The notes below the pieces were generated by a model. It was not told the DNA's origin, did not search any database, and saw only the letters and a program-made list of their open reading frames with translations. Below, piece after piece: positions 61,734 through 64,000 of a stretch of 64,000 nucleotides of DNA (position 1 is the first letter of the stretch; the number at the start of each line of letters is the position of its first letter). A program made the translations under genes and the position numbers. The DNA is from Thermodesulfobacteriota bacterium (lineage in GTDB: Bacteria > Desulfobacterota > Desulfobacteria > Desulfobacterales > SURF-7), in assembly GCA_049320885.1 (NCBI GenBank), contig JBMORA010000046.1, forward strand, positions 1-64,000. Direction: 5' to 3'.

Positions 61734-63374
61734 ATGAAGTCAAGACGGTTGATTCGCGGCTGGCTGAAAACCCTGCCGCCCCTGGGACTCCTGATCCTTT
61801 GCCTGTCTTCCCCGGCGCTCCCGGCCGAAACGGCGGACAACGACGAGGCCCCCGGCCGCACCATGGCGCGACAGGCGGTTGGTGAAAAGCGGCACTGGAA
61901 TACCACCGACCATACCCAGCATGCGGCCCTTGGCCGGGACTTCACCTCCGGGGAGGAGATAACCGCCGCCTGTCTTTCCTGCCACAATGAAGCGGACGAT
62001 CAAATCCACCAGTCGATTCACTGGACCTGGAAAGCGGATCCATCGCCGGAAGGCGCTGAACACGGCAAGGCCGGTCTGTCCATCAACAACTACTGCATTT
62101 CCGCCAATCGCATGAAAGACAAGGGCTGCCTCCAATGCCACCCCGGCTGGAACGGGAAGGGAGTGGAGGATGAAATCAACTGCCTGGTCTGCCACGGCCG
62201 GGAAAAGCTGAACTTCAATGAAGCCTTCGAGGATTACAAGTATTTCATCGAGGCCGGCGACGAGGAATCCCGACAAATGGCTGCGGATATCCAGCAGGAT
62301 ATCCACGCAGCCGTGGTTACCATCGGCATTCCGGAGAGGGAAAACTGCGGGTCCTGTCATTTTTACGGCGGCGGCGGCGATGGGGTGAAGCACGGGGATC
62401 TGGATTCCTCCTTGACCAAACCCCTTAAAACCCTGGATGTCCACATGGGAACCGACGGTCAGAATTTCGACTGCGTGCGCTGCCACACCACCCGGCACCA
62501 CAATATCGCCGGACGGGTGTACACGGCCCCGGCGTCCAAGGACCGCAAAAGCCTCATCGAAGACGACCTGGCCACCAAAATCACCTGCGAATCCTGTCAC
62601 ACGGCGACTCCCCACAAGACCAATTCAAAAGCCAACGATCACACCGACCGCGTGGCCTGCCAGAGCTGCCATATCCCCTATTTCGCCCGGGTGAATCCCA
62701 CGAAAATGTCCTGGGACTGGTCCAAGGCCGGCGACCGGAAGGACGGCAAACCCTACACCGTAAAAGGTCCCCTGGGGAAAGAGACCTATCTGTCCATCAA
62801 GGGTGAAATGGTCTGGGAAAAGAACGTCAAACCGGAATATTTCTGGTACAATGGTTCCATCCGCTCGGTGACGGCCAAGGATGTCATCGATCCGATCGCC
62901 ACCATCGCCGTAAGTCAACCGGAAGGCGGACGCGGCGACGTCCATTCGCGGATCTATCCCTTCAAGGTGCACCGCGGCAACCAACCCTACGACCAAGTGA
63001 ACAAAACCCTGCTGGCGCCGATTGTTACGGGTCCCAACGGCTATTTCACCCTGATGGACTGGGAAAAGGCGTTCACCCTCGGAATGGAAGCCCTCGGCCT
63101 GCCTTATTCCGGTCAGTTCGATTTCGTCAAAACCACCTACGTCTTCCCCACCACCCACATGGTGGCGCCCAAATCCAATGTCGTCAGCTGCAAGGAATGC
63201 CACCGGAGGACCGACAGCCGGCTGGTCAACCTGGCCGGATTTTACATGCCGGGCCGCGACCGGTATAAAGCAGTGGATCTCATCGGCTGGTTCGTCATCG
63301 CAGCTTCCATTGCAGGCGTCGCCCTTCACGGACTCGGGCGGGTTTTCGCCGGCGGCAAACGAAAGGAGGGTTGA
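61734..63374 (+). CDS. otr: Octaheme tetrathionate reductase family cytochrome c with C-terminal membrane anchor
   Basis: Eight CxxCH motifs (CLSCH, CLQCH, CLVCH, CGSCH, CVRCH, CESCH, CQSCH, CKECH); SIHWTW, INNYC, GGGDGVKHGDLDSSL. Confidence 0.93.
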   Translation: MKSRRLIRGWLKTLPPLGLLILCLSSPALPAETADNDEAPGRTMARQAVGEKRHWNTTDHTQHAALGRDFTSGEEITAACLSCHNEADDQIHQSIHWTWKADPSPEGAEHGKAGLSINNYCISANRMKDKGCLQCHPGWNGKGVEDEINCLVCHGREKLNFNEAFEDYKYFIEAGDEESRQMAADIQQDIHAAVVTIGIPERENCGSCHFYGGGGDGVKHGDLDSSLTKPLKTLDVHMGTDGQNFDCVRCHTTRHHNIAGRVYTAPASKDRKSLIEDDLATKITCESCHTATPHKTNSKANDHTDRVACQSCHIPYFARVNPTKMSWDWSKAGDRKDGKPYTVKGPLGKETYLSIKGEMVWEKNVKPEYFWYNGSIRSVTAKDVIDPIATIAVSQPEGGRGDVHSRIYPFKVHRGNQPYDQVNKTLLAPIVTGPNGYFTLMDWEKAFTLGMEALGLPYSGQFDFVKTTYVFPTTHMVAPKSNVVSCKECHRRTDSRLVNLAGFYMPGRDRYKAVDLIGWFVIAASIAGVALHGLGRVFAGGKRKEG

Positions 63375-63377
63375 AGC

Positions 63378-64000
63378 ATGTCCCATGTGAAGATGATCCC
63401 GACCTATCTCTACACCCGCTATGAGCGTTTCTGGCATTGGCTGCAGATGGTGCTCATCGTCCTGCTGCTCATCACCGGACTGGAAATCCACGGTCTCTAT
63501 TCGTTTTTGGGTTTCCAGTCGGCCGTGAGCATTCATAACATCGCCGGCATCACCTGGCTGGTGGCCTTTGCCTTTTTCGTTTTCTGGATTTTCACCACCG
63601 GTGAATGGAAGCAATACATCCCCACCACGCGCCGGATGCTGGATGTGATCCGCTACTATGCCTATGGCATTTTCCGGGGCGAGGCCCATCCGGTTCCCAA
63701 ACGCAAGGACGCCAAGCACAATCCTCTCCAGAGACTGACCTATCTGTCCCTGGCGGCTGTCTTGCTCCCCCTGCAGATGGCCAGCGGATTCCTCTACTGG
63801 CAGTACAATTCCTGGGGAGCCTGGGGTCTTGGATTTCTGTCCCTGGATTGGATCGCGGCGGTTCACACCATTCTGGCCATCGCCATTTTACAATTCCTGA
63901 TCATCCATGTCTATATGACCACCACCGGCCATACCGTGACCGCCCATCTCAAGGCCATGATCACCGGCTGGGAGTCCATTGAGGAAGGCGTGGAAGTCGA
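63378..64000 (+). CDS. Cytochrome b/b6 domain membrane protein (PhsC/FdnI-like), runs off window end
   Basis: Manual translation MSHVKMIPTYLYTRYERFWHWLQ...IHNIAG...KHNPLQRLTY...VHTIL...IHVYMTTTG...MITGWE. Confidence 0.9.
   Translation, partial: MSHVKMIPTYLYTRYERFWHWLQMVLIVLLLITGLEIHGLYSFLGFQSAVSIHNIAGITWLVAFAFFVFWIFTTGEWKQYIPTTRRMLDVIRYYAYGIFRGEAHPVPKRKDAKHNPLQRLTYLSLAAVLLPLQMASGFLYWQYNSWGAWGLGFLSLDWIAAVHTILAIAILQFLIIHVYMTTTGHTVTAHLKAMITGWESIEEGVEV

Overview
GC-rich, gene-dense chromosomal segment, most consistent with an anaerobic Desulfobacterota (Desulfobacterales-like) bacterium; this is inferred from gene content (Sec-containing formate dehydrogenase, octaheme tetrathionate reductase, DUF3373 porin, sigma-54 promoters, Desulfovibrio/Geobacter-type bacterioferritin remnant). 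About 50 CDS are supported. Housekeeping genes: tex, minCDE, pcm, hutH, pyrG, eno, PduO-type adenosyltransferase. Signalling genes: two hybrid histidine kinases, a SpoIIE phosphatase, two Ser/Thr kinases, PilZ, and a sigma-54 activator. No rRNA, tRNA, CRISPR array, integrase or transposase was recognised. The best candidate for an undescribed system is a glycyl radical enzyme locus (52247-57646): activase, GRE and a cysteine-free ThiF/MoeB on one strand, and a divergent GntR/FadR regulator plus a MoaD/ThiS ubiquitin-like protein, with two FadR-type operators between them. Other highlights: (i) a UGA-recoded selenocysteine FDH with a visible SECIS and twin ModE-like boxes; (ii) an EEP / atypical NAMPT-NAPRT-like phosphoribosyltransferase / DUF6901 / GDPD operon; (iii) a sigma-54 porin-octaheme-cytochrome b operon carrying a TusA homologue without its canonical Cys and a cytochrome-c-like protein without CxxCH; (iv) a histidine kinase with a SiaD-like input helix; (v) an SGNH lipoprotein next to a lipase-foldase-like gene; (vi) a 5x12-bp tandem repeat abutting a near-consensus promoter; (vii) gene remnants near 2.1-2.3 kb. 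Family assignments come from motif recognition by eye, not database searches.
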